The notes beneath the pieces are model-generated. The model saw nothing but the letters and a program-made list of their open reading frames with translations. It had not been told where the DNA came from and did not search any database. Of a stretch of 64,000 nt of DNA, positions 12,697-25,600 are shown piece by piece. This DNA comes from Squalus acanthias. Taxonomy: Eukaryota. The stretch lies in contig JASTWF010000244.1 of the NCBI GenBank assembly GCA_030390025.1, positions 124,001-188,000 of the forward strand. Reading direction: 5' to 3'. The translations under genes and the position numbers were made by a program. Within the stretch, counting starts at the first letter, position 1, and each line of letters starts with the position of its first letter.

Positions 12697-12863
12697 TGTC
12701 GATGCCAAAGGTAACAGAAATTAAAACCGATCCACTTTACCCAGAGGTGGGAAAACCTGTAACACTGTCCTGCAAAGCAAAGGGCTTCTTTCCAGAAGAT
12801 CATCAAATATTCTGGTTCAAAGCATTTCAGAAAACTAATGATGGAATTGAAACAGAAGAAAGT
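12697..12863 (+). pseudogene. Ig C1-set exon, 5' half only
   Basis: Acceptor TAG at 12696, phase 1; MPKVTEIKTDPLYPEVGKPVTLSCKAKGFFPEDHQIFWFK; Ig similarity stops after ~ETEES and no F-strand Cys or donor was found. Confidence 0.8.
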
Positions 12864-13593
12864 GTTCATTTTGAGAGGTTCCTGTTTTGTGCATGTTTGG
12901 TTGTAATCCATAGTGGTGTCAGTGTGGTATTTCAGATTATTTGCAGAATAACCCAGATATTCCTATTTAGGTGGGCAGCTGTGGGGTGCTGTATGCCAGC
13001 TGCCAGCCCACTTCTGTGCTCGCTCAATATTCTGACTTTATTTCTGGCTGTTGGCAGAATCACCCACCCTAAATGGGCTGTTAAAATGAGGCTGTGATGA
13101 CATCATGGATTCCATTCTCCATCATTACTACCTTATTTACACTCAGTATACAATGGCTGTCTAGGGTTGCTAGATGCTGGGGAAAAGACAAACATGCATT
13201 TAAAGAGCCAAATACAGATATAATTAAAGCTTTGAAAAATCCTTATTTCTTCAGTGATTTTGGATTTTTTTTGCTGTTCCTAATGTTTTACTCTCTGCCA
13301 TTTGCCGATTGTCGCCATCTTCAGGCAAGACACAACGTAGGTTTCTAATTGGGGATTCCCCTCTACCTTTTGCTTCCTAGAAGAGGATAGTAGGGAATCC
13401 AGGTTGGTGAGGCTGCACTGGAAACCCATGAAATGTACCCACCAGTACCCCACACCTGACGATAGAGGAAGAGGTGACCCTATCTGCATTTGCCCAAGGA
13501 AGAGAAGGAGCAGCAGCAGAGGCCTGTAGATAAAGTAGAGCATAACCTTTTCCTATCTGCAGCACATATTTGTGCTATATTGGGACAATAGCA

Positions 13594-13806
13594 GGGGGGG
13601 AAATTCGGTCCCTTTGGGACGCTAACTTCCCCGCGCCTGAAATTCACTGGTAGCGTCCCAAGAGGGAGGCGGGCCACTACTGGAAGCGCTCCCCCTCCCT
13701 CTTGGGGCGGTACCAGTGAATATCGCGTGCGACATGCTGTGATACTGCAGGCCTTCCTCCACTTAGGGCGCTAACGGGAGGCGCAAAGCAACCGAATTTT
13801 GCCCCC
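13594..13806. mobile_element. Short (~210 bp) Harbinger family-A-type MITE
   Basis: TIRs GGGGGGGAAATT / AATTTTGCCCCC; subterminal GGCGCTAACGGGAGGCGCAA shared with family A; no clear TSD. Confidence 0.7.
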
Positions 13807-13979
13807 TGGGTGTTCTCTTGACTACCACATCTGGTCATTGCACAACCAATCTTGTGCACATTTTTTCCCCCACACCCTTTCCCATGCGCATCAACTCACA
13901 CAGTTTTCATTCATGCCATCTGAACAAATCCATTTTCAAATATTGCTATGGATAATGTGTGCACACACAACTTTAATGC

Positions 13980-15320
13980 AACCATAGTTTTAATGAAACC
14001 CTGTATAGTGTGTGTGCATGCACCTTTTCCTAGGTGCCATCTGAGTGGTAAGCTGGTGTGAGGTGGCTGGATGCTGTGTCAGCATAAACCTCAGGGCCTG
14101 CAGTGGCTGTTTCCACAAGGCAGGAAAGTTCTGAGATGGACCTGCTGTCGGCTGCACCTCTTCTGCTGCTGCCTGAGAAATTTGGCCCTGCTTCCTTTCT
14201 CTCATGTGCAGGCATCTGAGGGGCTGGCAGGAGGGCATGCACGTGCTGCTGCCCATAGAGACCATCATCTGAATGCATTCCTGCCATGCTGCCAGCACTG
14301 GGCTGTGGCTCTGCATGGTCACTGGTCTGCAGGAAAGCAGATCTATCGGTAATAGTGAGATTAATAAAGATCCATGAGATATCCCTTCCCAATCTGACGC
14401 CTCAGACCTCTATGGCAGCAGTCTGAGCAACCATGAAAGAATTTCTGACTGCTCTCATGGCCTCTGTCATGTGGTCCCCTCTTCAAATGTTCCAAAGTGG
14501 ACTGCAATGCACACAGTGGACTCCTCCAGTTTACCCACCATCTGCTGCACAGTTTCTGACACTGTCTTTGGCGTCTGCACACACGTTTAATACCCTGCAA
14601 GCATCCTTTTAAAAGCAAGACTCCTGAGATCATGATCACTTGGCTTTTGAGCCAAGGGGCAATGTATCCTGATCCTTCAGTCAGTAACTTCTTCCGCCTC
14701 ACATTCCACGTTGGCTCCTCCAGCTCACTTGTGATCTGTGCATTACCCAATGCACTCCCCTTACACTCAGTCTGTAATGGATGTCTCTGGCCTGGTGTTT
14801 GGGAGGGAGTGAATGAGTGTTAGTTTGTACTCTGCAGTGCTGGCAGGGCTGGATGCACTGGAGTCTGGCTCACCATATTCAGAAACACCTAGATAAAGAA
14901 AAGAGAAAGACAGCTTAGAATAGAATCTCAGGAATGGAGCTCGTATCAATTTCAGTAGAAAGAGTAATAGGGTTGTCATGATATGCTTCACTGAGGATTA
15001 ATGCAAGGTGCAATAGGAAGAGTAGAATGTCATGACTGTTGGCAAATACCCTTCTACCTTGCTGTCTCTATCACCCAAAGTACTTCACTCAGAATCTGCA
15101 TGGCTTCCTCCTCATTGAAGTGGTAAGTTTCAGGTTTGGGGGGCCGACCAACTTTGCTGTTTTCTCCTGATTATAAGGCTTGTCTGCTTGAAGAAATCAT
15201 GCAAAAAGTGAGAATGACCTCTTGCTCTTATGATATGCAGTAAACCCCACGGATCAGAATGCAGACAATAATGGGTATGCTGACAGCTGCAAGGCAGGCA
15301 GTATAAAAGGCACTGCACTG
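13980..15320 (-). mobile_element. Highly degenerate Harbinger SANT-gene remnant
   Basis: Patchy similarity to 40808-42100 (e.g. AGPSQ, terminal PRKR). Confidence 0.4.
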
Positions 15321-15329
15321 CTTCAAATG

Positions 15330-15770
15330 TCAGCTTGGATCAGTGGTAGCACACTCGCCTCAAAGTCTGAAGATTGTGGGTTCAAGATCCATAAGAGCTT
15401 GAATACATAATCCAGGCTGGCACTTTAATGCAGTACCGAGGGAGTGACGCATTGTCAGAGATGCTGTCTTTCAGTTAAGATGCTAACCGAGGTCCCATCA
15501 GATGTAAAAGATCCCATAGCATTATTCAGAAAGAAAGAAAGCTGTTCTCTCAGTGTCTTGGTTACATTGGCCCTCAACTAACACAAGCAAAACCTATGAA
15601 CTGGTCATGTATCTCATTTAATGTTTGCGGTGCCTTGTAATACACAATTGGCTACCACATTTGCCTACTAAAGAACAGAGACTGCACTTGAAAAGTAATT
15701 CATTGACTGAAATGCTTTGAGATATGCTGAGGATGTGAATGGCATTATATAAATGCAAGCTCTTTCTTTT
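15330..15770 (+). mobile_element. tRNA-derived Deu-domain SINE (SacSINE1-like)
   Basis: A/B boxes (TGGATCAGTGG; GGTTCAAGATCC), TGCAGTACCGAGGGAG core, ATATAAATGCAAG(CTTT)n tail. Confidence 0.7.
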
Positions 15771-15799
15771 CTTTCTCATGGATATTGATGGTAGGGCTG

Positions 15800-16940
15800 T
15801 ATTCCCTGGAATTTAGAAGATTAAGGGGTGATTTGATTGACGTTTTCAAAATATTAAGGGGAACGGATCGGGTAGATAAAGAGAAACTATTTCCGCTGAT
15901 TGGGGAATCTAAAAATTAGAGAAGGCCTTTCAGGAGTGAAGTTAGGAAACACTTCTCCACGCAAAGGGTGGTAGAAGTTTGGAACTCTCTTCTGCAAATG
16001 GCAGTTGATGCTCGATTAGTTGTTCATTTTAAATCTGAGATTAATAGATTTTTGCTAAGCAAAGGTATTAAGGGATATGGGGCAAAGGCGGGTATATGGA
16101 GTTTGGTCACAGATCAACCATGATCACATTGATGCGGAGATGCCGGTGTTGGACTGGGGTGGACAAAAATGAGAAGTCGCACAACACCAGGTTATAGTCC
16201 AACAGTTTTATTTAAAATTACGAGCTTTCGGAGCTCCGCTCCTTCTTCAGCCAAAGGTACAGTGAGGGAATCTATTACACAGTATATATACACAGAGAAC
16301 AATTTGTCTGCAGAGATACAATCTGTTAGGGAGGCATTACATCAAAGACACATCAGAGTACAGCTAAGACAATGAGGTGGGTCACAGGGGGTCCAACGTG
16401 TCAAATGCTGCCGTCTGCAGTTAAGCTTTTAACTTTTTTGTTTTTTTTTAAAAACTGGAAAGACAGACAACGATGTTGAGTCACGTTCTGTAGCATGACA
16501 TGAACCCGAGATCCCTATTGAGGCCGTCCTCATGGGTGCAGAACTTGGCTATCAGTTTCTGCTCGATGATTTTGCGTTGTCGTGTGTCTCGAAGGCTGCC
16601 TTGGAGAACGCTAACCCGCAGATCCGAGGCTGAATGTCTTTGACTGCTGAAGTGTTCCCCGACTGGGAGGTAACAATCCTGCCTGGCGATTGTTGCGCGG
16701 TGTCCATTCATACGTTGTCTCAGTGTCTGCATGGTCTCGCCGATGTACCATGCCGCGGTGCATTCTTTCCTGCAACGTATGAGGTAGACAATGTTGGCCA
16801 AGTCACATGAGTCTGTACCATGAACCTGGTGGGTAGTGTCCTCATGTGTGATGATGGTATCTGTGTTGATGATCAGGCATGTCTTGCAGAGGCGGAAGAG
16901 GTTCAAGGGGCTAAATGGCCTACTCCTGTTGCTATGTTCC
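15800..16940 (+). mobile_element. CR1 3' fragment interrupted by a Penelope element
   Basis: RRLRGDLI-type coding 3' end at 15810-16130; tail GGCCTACTCCTG resumes at ~16900. Confidence 0.7.
16135..16890 (-). mobile_element. Penelope-like element fragment: GIY-YIG endonuclease plus pseudo-LTR
   Basis: NIVYLIRCRKECTAAWYIGETMQTLRQRMNGHR...EDGLN (16481-16890); hammerhead core at 16225-16250. Confidence 0.85.
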
Positions 16941-17797
16941 TGTGGTAAGCTATTCAAGCACTTTAATACAGTTAGTGGAAGTGGTTATAAAGTGGTAGGC
17001 AAGCTTAGTAGAGTGCATTCTTGGTTGGCTTCTTGTAATTTACCTGACCTGGTGAGGTTATTAAACATTTTGTGGCATGGAGTGACTGTGTGCTAAATAG
17101 TTGAATTCATACTGACTATCCTACTTATCTCCTGCGGCTCTCCTTTTGTCTGTTCCCAAAGGGTGCTATTTCATAATTGCTTCAAATTAAATAAATATCT
17201 CTGATATGGGAAACATTTTTTGCACATGTGAATAAATTATACCAACAATATAACTTTTAACATGTTACGGTATAGCACTGTAATCTCACACTTTCATAGT
17301 TCCCAATTTGAAAATCAGATTTCCTTCTTATATCTGCATTCTTGAATATTTTACTTGCTTCCCTCTTCCATGGCCCCATCTCCATTATCCCTTCAACTCC
17401 AAGTCTACTTAACAAAGACAGGAGGACGGCTGGATGGTCTCTGGCTGCTGCTATGGTCGTTGTTATTTTATTGGCCTCTCTTCTTGGACATCAAGGCTCG
17501 TGATTTATGGAGGGGCATCCGTGACTCTTGGTAAAATGGCTCATCTCTCGTAGAACATTCCATGGCCATGGTGTACGTCTCCTGATTCCAAGCTTTTAGG
17601 CAGGAAATGCCAATTGATGGCTGCGTTCAAACGTCAGAAGTAGCTGGGATTAAAATGAAATGTCCCTAGTCTAGGAGTGCAGAGCTCTGCTGCTGGAACC
17701 AGCAACTTTCCTTGTACTTTCATTATAAAATCAAATCTATATTTTTGTCACATTATTAAGGGTTTTGCATTATTTATTTCAAATTTTATTCCAACAG

Positions 17798-18102
17798 ATA
17801 ATTTTCAGGAGGTGTCGAGGATAACTTGCCAAACAGAAAATTCTAAAGCTGACCAACCCGTAACTCTTTCCTGCACTGTTAAAGGAGTCACCATAGCAGA
17901 TGCTCACATCACCTGGTACAGAGAAGTTTACCCCATTGAAGATATGAGCTGTATTGAAAACACAGCATTTGCAACTGGTAAAGGTTTCACCACTGCACTA
18001 ACGTATATACCAAGGCAAGAAGATGACAATCGTCTGTTCCAAATTGATGTTATCACTGAGATGGACCCAGTTAGCAGATATTTCAACCTGAAATTAAGTT
18101 GA
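17798..18102 (+). CDS. Probable last Ig-domain exon of the multi-C1 gene (divergent; F-strand Cys absent), ending in TGA
   Basis: Acceptor CCAACAG at 17797, phase 1; PVTLSCTVKG...AHITWYR...FTTALTYIPRQEDDNRLF...FNLKLS*. Confidence 0.75.
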
Positions 18103-18190
18103 GTTGGTGTGGCACTTTCTGGGTCAGTTGTGGTTTTGATATAGAAATGGAAGCAACTTCCCTATTTGAACCCCTCTCATCATGTACATT

Positions 18191-18860
18191 GGGCCGGATA
18201 TTCCGATCCCTACGGGTGGGTACGCGCTGTGTACTCACCTGCAGGGACATTGGAAATGCCGGTTTCAGGCATGCACTGCGCATGCGCTGGAAACGGGCAT
18301 TTCCGATCTGTCAAGAAAGCTCTTGACAGATCCTCCGGCTGCCCTGGAGAAGGGCCTCTGCGGGCGGATAGTTCCGCTTTTTGGAGACCCTCCGCCCGCA
18401 GAAAACACTTACAATTCTTGCGCCTGGTAAAAGCAGGCATAAGGCCTGCTTTTACCAGGATAAGAGTTGAAAAAAGTTTTTTTTTTAATTTCCATTGATT
18501 TATCATTTAAAAATACTTTAAAGAAAGGTAAGTTTATTTTTAGCCCCGTTAAAAATTTAATTATTTTTTTCAAATATTTAAATTTTTGTTTAAAATCGTT
18601 AATTTATGTAATTTCAAGTCATTTTAAAAATGTGATGTTTTTTTTTAATTTATTTGAAGTTTTACTATGTTTTGGGGGTGATCTCCATTCATATAACTGA
18701 CAGGTATGAAGGGAGATTCCCTTCTCTGATTGGCTCCCCATGGCCCATGTGATCCCAGGGACGCTGCGAACCGCATGTACACCGGCAGTTTGGAGAGGCC
18801 CAGCAGTGGAACCCTCAGGTAAGGGCGCAGATTTTTCCAGATCTCAGCCCTCTGCCCGCG
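18191..18860. mobile_element. Probable non-autonomous DNA transposon (Harbinger-like GGGCCGGATATT start)
   Basis: GC-rich ends with AT-rich core, like the other MITEs here; right TIR not identified. Confidence 0.35.
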
Positions 18861-19243
18861 GGTGTGAGTAAGTGAGGGTTGCAATAGTGGTGAGAGTAGG
18901 AGGAGGAAGGTGGAGTGGTGCAGTGATTGTAGGAGAGTGAAGGGAAGCGGGGGAGGAGAGTGTTAGTGTGGCTGTAGGTATGAGGAGAGAACAGTTAAGG
19001 TGGGAGGTAGAATTCGTACCTTGACAACGCTGGGGATGTCATTAAACTTTCTTCAGGATTGTAGCCATGTCATGGGAGCTGAGCTAAGCTAAGTTGGCAT
19101 TGGCATCCTCAGCCACCTCTTCTCACTGGTGATGAAGGTGTTGACTGGAGGGCTTTCTGCCCCCTTCCCCAGGTGGAATAGGACCTTCTTCCTCCCACCT
19201 GGACCAGAGCCTCCAAAGCTGCATCGGAGAACCAACGGAGGGT

Positions 19244-19269
19244 CTGACGAAGGGTCATCGACCTGAAAC
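19244..19269 (+). ncRNA. Minimal hammerhead ribozyme core in Penelope-derived repeat (~19225-19378)
   Basis: CTGACGA-AGGGTC-ATC-GACCT-GAAAC. Confidence 0.7.
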
Positions 19270-20057
19270 GTTAACTCTGTTTCTCTCTCCACAGATACTG
19301 CCTGACCTGCTGAGTATTTCCAGCATTTTCTGTTTTTATTTCAGATTTCCAGCTTCCACAGTATTTTGCTTTTGTATTAGTGAGATAAATTTAACAGACT
19401 CGGTGATGCTGGAGATTTTCATTAAAACTGCAATTGAACATCCAGCCCAATCTCATTGCAATATGTGCCTGCGCCTTTTTTTTAGTTCTAACCGTGGGTG
19501 ACAATTGCACTTATTATTTTATCCTTTTCATAATCTATTAAAATTAATAAGTAATGCATATGCGCTTTGGAACAATTAGATGCAGCAGTTGACAGTTGTG
19601 GGTTAGATCTTGTTGGCATAAGGAAATGGATTAATTCAGCTTCTGAAAGGTGTTCATGTTTAGTTCATTCAGTATAGGGAAAAAATGTGGCTGGTATTGT
19701 AGCCAGTTCCTGCAGCAAGAACGCATTCAATTTAAATACCAACATTAAAGGGTCAAACAGCTGTACTGTAAAGGCAGTTTTGTGAAATTAACCAATCATA
19801 AGAAACTGACCAAACTTCGTATCCCAGTATAACGTGAGAAACCAACGAGGCTTTTAAAAGGAATTTGTAATACACGCTCTGGATAAACAGGATAAGAACC
19901 ACAGACACGACTCCTTTTACTTCATGAATATGCTAACCAAGGAAGTGGCTGGAACAATCAAACCACACTATGTCATGTGTTTGTGTAAATTCAACTGACT
20001 ATCCTGTCCAGTGAAACACCTTGGTCCAGCTGTTAACCAGACTTACAGTTGGTTCCA

Positions 20058-20597
20058 AAATAAAAACAGAAAATGCTGGAGACACTCAGCAGGTCAGGCA
20101 GCATCTGTGGAGAGAAACAGAGTTAACGTTTTAGTTCGATGACCTTTCATCAGAACTGGAAAAAAGCAGGAAATGGAACAGATTTTTAAGCAAGTGTAGA
20201 GGCTGGGAAAGCGGGGAGGGGATGAAAGAACAAAAGGGAAGGTCAGTGATAGGATAGAAGGCGAAAGAGGTTAAGAGACAGTAAGAGATATTCAAGGCAA
20301 AATGAGATGGTAATGGGACAGGTTAAGAAACAAAGGATGGCTCTAGATGAAGTGTAAATTGCGCTGGCAGAATGAAAGACAGCTGCCATGTGGGGGAGAA
20401 GAAAAAAAAGACAGACAAAGAGTGTGGATAAAATATATATATATATATATGATAGGGGCCGAGGTTATGATCTGAAATTGTTGAACTCTATGTTGAGTCC
20501 AGAGGGCTGTAAGGTGCCTAATCGAAAGATGAGGTGCTGTTCCTCGAGCTTACGCTGAGCTTCCGTGGAACAATGCAAGAGGCCGAGGACGGTGAGG
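20058..20597 (-). mobile_element. Penelope-derived non-autonomous insert with degenerate hammerhead core (~20128-20153)
   Basis: 15-bp TSD TTACA(G/A)TTGGTTCCA (20043-20057, 20598-20612); - strand CTGATGAAAGGTCATCGAACTAAAAC. Confidence 0.75.
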
Positions 20598-21331
20598 TTA
20601 CAATTGGTTCCACCGAGTCTGGAATGGCTCCCTCATCTTTTGCAAATGTCGTTGCATTGAAACCCATTCACTAACCTTTCAAACTGATGATAAGCAAGGA
20701 AGTGTCTAATCAAGATGTGTGATAATGGTCGAACATCAAACAGGATGAAGACATTTCTTTTTGTATTGTATGGTTTGAAATCGAACAGAATGGCAGGAAG
20801 ACAAGATTAAGATGGTACAATCAAAAGGGGAAGGGTTTGCGTCAATCTAGTATCACGGGTTTTGATCTTTTGTATTATAAAAGGGTGTGTTTAGAAACGG
20901 GTGCAACTTGCAAGGAAACTGCGGACGAATTTGATCACCCGTACAGATGGAAACATACTGCTCCACATGATCGCCGGGGTGAGTGGTGTTTGAAATTAAA
21001 GAGTTAAAGGGAACGGTGTATGTTAGTATTGTTTGGAGTTAAAAGGGGACAGTGCATTAACATTTGTATGTTATTCGTAGTACAATAAATAGTTAAAGAC
21101 ATACTGAGTCTTGACCATTTTACTCCACCCGGAAGGAGTTCAAGTCAGGATTCTGGAATTATAAGATGGGTGGTGTGGGTTCACCTACCTATAGATTAAA
21201 ATTCGATATAGGGAAAAAATGTGGTTGGTATCATTGGAGAGAGAGAGACAGATTTCACTTAGCAACAGCTGGTGTTTGCAACCAACCAGCCGTGGATATT
21301 TTCAGAATCGAATGTTTAGATTAGAAATACT

Positions 21332-21961
21332 GGGGGTGAAATTGGGTGCCTTTGCGCCGTCCGTTCCAAGGACGCTAACAGGGCACAAATGGCTTTGCGA
21401 CCGGGTGCGGCACTGATATCGACTCCCGCCATATTCGGCGGGAGCTTTGCGGCGACGCTACAACTTTGGGCACTGATCTCCTTCGCCCAGAGATTGTGAC
21501 GTCATCGCCGTGCGCATCGCCCAGTAGTGCCCCGGACTCGAAATTGACTTCCACCCCCAGCAGCAGCGCCGGTTAAAAACACCGACAGCTGCAGGAGGTG
21601 TACATCGGGCGGGCAGGCAGCCGCTTCGGGGGCGATGATTAAAGGCGCAGTCGCCGAGGTAAGTTAACAAAAAACTTACCTTGTTCCATTTTCTTCGTGG
21701 GTTCCTGCCCGCTATCGATCAGCTTGGTTGAGCTGCCTTGGTGGTCCAGGTAGGTACTTTTTATATTGCAGAGCCTGCAGCGATGGCCCTTCCCTTTAAG
21801 GGAGGGAAGGAGCCTTTGAACATTGTAGCACGGCTGAAGTCTCCGGCCCACCTGCTGCCGAGCACAAACGGCGATTTTTTCAAAAGTTTGATATTGTTAG
21901 CGCCCGGCACTAACTTTTTTAAATTAGCGCCCTAAACGGGGCGACAGTGAATTTCTCCCCC
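21332..21961. mobile_element. Harbinger-type MITE (family-A-like ends)
   Basis: TIRs GGGGGTGAAATT / AATTTCTCCCCC; flanks ACT/ATT. Confidence 0.8.
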
Positions 21962-22341
21962 ATTATGTTAGGATAAGAAAGTCTAGAGACCAGAAGGTTT
22001 ATGCTTACCACAGCAAGGTCACGATATTTTTATATGCTTTTAACGTTGACGTATGTTGAAGAAAATGCAGACTTGTGTCTCTGGACTATGCAGTAGCCAG
22101 AGACTACCATATTAGGTAATGCTTGCTCCAGTTTGATAAGAAAAAGGTGTATAAATATAAGCTTTTTCCTTTATTCAAGCAGCATGAAAGGACCTTTGCC
22201 TCGGTTCGTGTGGTCTATCTGTGACTGTACTCCGCTTGTAAATTGCTTTCTATGCTGAATTTAAAGAATAAAATGATTACAACCAAAAGACTGAACTCGT
22301 TACTAGTCAAGTGAACAACAGAACTCTGTTTTAAGTCAACA
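21962..22341 (+). repeat. 3' part (U3-R-U5) of the ERV 5' LTR; true 5' start unresolved
   Basis: TATAAA at ~22150, AATAAA at ~22267, ends in CA immediately before the PBS. Confidence 0.65.
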
Positions 22342-22342
22342 T

Positions 22343-22360
22343 TGGCGAGCCAGGCACGGT
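22343..22360 (+). promoter_or_regulatory. ERV primer-binding site, tRNA-Arg(ACG)-like
   Basis: TGGCGAGCCAG matches the complement of the tRNA-Arg(ACG) 3' end (TGGCGAGCCAGCCAGG). Confidence 0.75.
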
Positions 22361-22674
22361 CTGAACCTGCAGCTTTTTGTTCTGATAACCGGGGAGGTGT
22401 CGATACCAGACTAAAGTGAGACCTAGATCATCAAGAACTCGATCGGGACGGGCTCTGAGACAGGAGGTAGACTATTTCCACCATCGGCAACTTACGGTGA
22501 CAATTATGTTGCGGGGCACAAAATAAAAACCTATACGTATGAGTAGTAAACATTTTATGGACGTATAGCAGGTAAAAAGTTAAATAGTGTCTTAATATGA
22601 CATTGGCTGAATGACCATTGTACTAATCATATAGTCCTCAATCACTTACAGGCATCATAGAAAGGGGGAGATTG

Positions 22675-25600
22675 TTTTTTTTTTATTCGTTTATGGGATG
22701 TGGGCATCGCTGGCAAGGCCAGGATTTATTGCCCATTCCTAATTGCACTTGAGAAGGTGGTGGTGAACCGCCGTCTTCAACCGCTGCAGTCCGTGTGGTG
22801 AAGGTACTCCCACAGTGCTGTTAGGGAGGGAGTTCCAGGATTTTGACCCAGCGACGATAAAGGATCGGCGATATACTTCTAAGTCAGGATGGTGTGTGAC
22901 TTGGAGGCGAACTTGGAGGTGGTGGTGTTCCCATGCGCCTGCTGCCCTTGTCCTTCTAGGTGGAAGAGGTCGCGGGTTTGGGAGGTGCTGCCGAAGAAGC
23001 CTTGGCGAGTTGCTGCAGTACATCTTGTAGATGGTACACACCGCAGCGATGGTATGACGGTGGTGGAGGGAGTGAATGTTTAAGGTAGTGGATGGGGTGC
23101 CAATCAAGCGGGCTGCTTTGTCCTGGATGGTATCGAGCTTCTTGAGTGTTGTTGGAGCTGCACTCATCCTGGCAAGTGGAGAGTATTCCATCACACTCCT
23201 CATTGTGCCTTGTAGATGGTGGAAAGGCTTTGGGGAGTCAGGAGGTGAGACACTTGCCGCAGAATACCCAGCCTCTGACCTGCTCTTGTTGCCACAGTAT
23301 TCATGTGGCTGGTCCAGTTAAGATTCTGGTCAATGATGACCCCCAGGATGTTGATGGGGGATTCGGCAATGGTAATGCCGTTGAATGTCAAGGGGAGGTG
23401 GTTAGACTCTTGCTTGTTGGCGATAGTCATTGCCTGGCACTTCTGTGGTGTGAATGCTACCTGCCATTTATCAGACCAAGCCTGAACGTCATCCAGGTCT
23501 TGTTGCATGGACTGCTTCATTAACTGAGGAATTGTGAATGGCACTGAACACTGTGCAATCATCAGCGAACATCCCCATTTCTGACCTTATGTTGGAGGGA
23601 AGGTCATTGATGAAGCATCTGAAGATGGTTGGGCTGAGGACACTGCCCTGAGGAACTCCTGCAGTGATGTCCTGGGGCTGTGATGATTGACCTTCAACCA
23701 CCACAACCATCTTCCTTTGTGCTAGGTATGACTTCAGCCAGTGGAGTGTTTCCCCCCCGATTCCCATTGACTTCAGTTTTACTGGGGCTCCTTGATGCCA
23801 CATTCAGTCAAATGCTGCCTTGATGTCAAGAACAGTCACTCTCACCTCATCTCTGGAATTCAGCTCCTTTGTCTTTACTCCCAGTGCCATGTGCTAGCAG
23901 GAGCAGAAATAGGAGAATAGACCAGATGAATGCATGGCTGGAGAGTTGGTGTAGGAGGGAGGGATTTAATTTCCTGAGGCATTGGGACCGATTCTGGGGA
24001 AGGTGGGACCTGTACAAGCTGGACGGGTTACACCTCAGCAGAAGCGGGACCAATATCCTCGCAGGGGGGGTTGCTGGTGCTGTTGGGAAGGATTTAAACT
24101 AGTTTGTCAGGGGGCTGGGAACCTAAGTGTGAGCCCAGAACAGAGAGAAACAAAGCTGGAAGTGCAAGTTGGAAAAGTAGTCAGCAAAACTAGTAGGGAG
24201 CAGAAACAAAGGCCAACAGTAAAGAGGGTCAAAGTGCAGAAGAATATTAAACAGGCAAAGTTGAAGGCACTTTATCTAAATGCATGTAGCATTCGCAACA
24301 TGGTGGATGAACTAATGGCACTAATAGAAGTAAATGGGTATGATGTAATTGCCATTACAGAGACATGGTTGCAGGGTAACCAAAGCTGGGAACTGAATGT
24401 TCCAGGGTACTCAACATTTAGGAAGGACAGACAAAAAGGAAAAGGAGGTGGCATAGTGCTGTTAATAAGGGATGAGATTGGTACGGGAGCGATAAAAGAT
24501 CTTGGCTTGGCAGATCGTGATGTAGAACTGGAATCAGTTTGGGTGGAGCTAAGAAACAGCAAAGGGCGGAAAACATTGGTGGGAGTTATGTATAGGCCAC
24601 CAAACAGTAGTAGTAATGTAGGGCACAGTATCGATCAAGAGATTAGAAGTGCATGTAACAAGGGCAATACGGTAAGCATGGGGGACTTTCATCTACATAT
24701 TGACTGGGCAAATCAAATTACCACTAATGGTGTGGAGGACGAATTCTTGGAATGCATGCGAGATGGTTTCCTGGATCAGTATGTGGAGGAACCAACCAGG
24801 GAACAGGCTATTCTGGATTTGGTACTGTGTAATCAGAAAGGGCTAATCAATAATCTTGTGGTAAAGGGGCCTTTAGGAACAAGGGACCATAATATGATTG
24901 AATTTTATATTAAGTTTGAGAGTGATGTAGTCCAATTTGAAACTAAGGTCTTCAATCTAAACAGAGGAAACTACAAGGGTATGAGGGACAAGTTGGCCAT
25001 GGTAGATTGGGAGACTACACTAAAAGGTATGAAGGTGGACATACAATGGCTAACATTCAAGGAAATAATGCATAATTTGCAACAAACCTATATTCCTCTA
25101 GGGCATAAAAACCCAAAAGGAAAAGTGATCCAACCATGGCTAACAAAAGAAATTAAAGCTAGTATTATGTCAAAGGAGGAAGTTTATAAAGTTGCCAGAA
25201 AAAGCGGTCAGCCTGAGGATTGGAATCTTTTTAGAAATCAGCAAAGGGGGACCAAAAATTGATAAAGAAAGGGAAAATGGAATATAAGCACAAACTAGCG
25301 AAAAATATAAAAACGGATTGTAAAAGCTTCTATAGGTATGTGAAAAGGAAAAGACTGGCGAAGGTAAATGTAGGTCCTTTACTGTCAGAGACGGGAGAAT
25401 TTATAATGGGGAATGAGGAAATGGCTAAGAAATTAAATAAATACTTTGTTTCTGTCTTCACGGAGGAAGACACAAAAAAACTCCCAGAAATATGAGAAAA
25501 CCAAGGGTGTGGCGAGAATGAGGAACTTAAAGAAATTATTATTAGTAAAAAAACAGTACCAGCAAAATTAATGGGACTAAAAGTCGATAAATCTCAAGGA

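Noticed and set aside
12864-13097. Hydrophobic ORF continuation after the truncated C1 exon as a possible TM segment
   Set aside because: Starts mid-domain, has no exon boundary and looks like read-through into non-coding or degenerate repeat DNA
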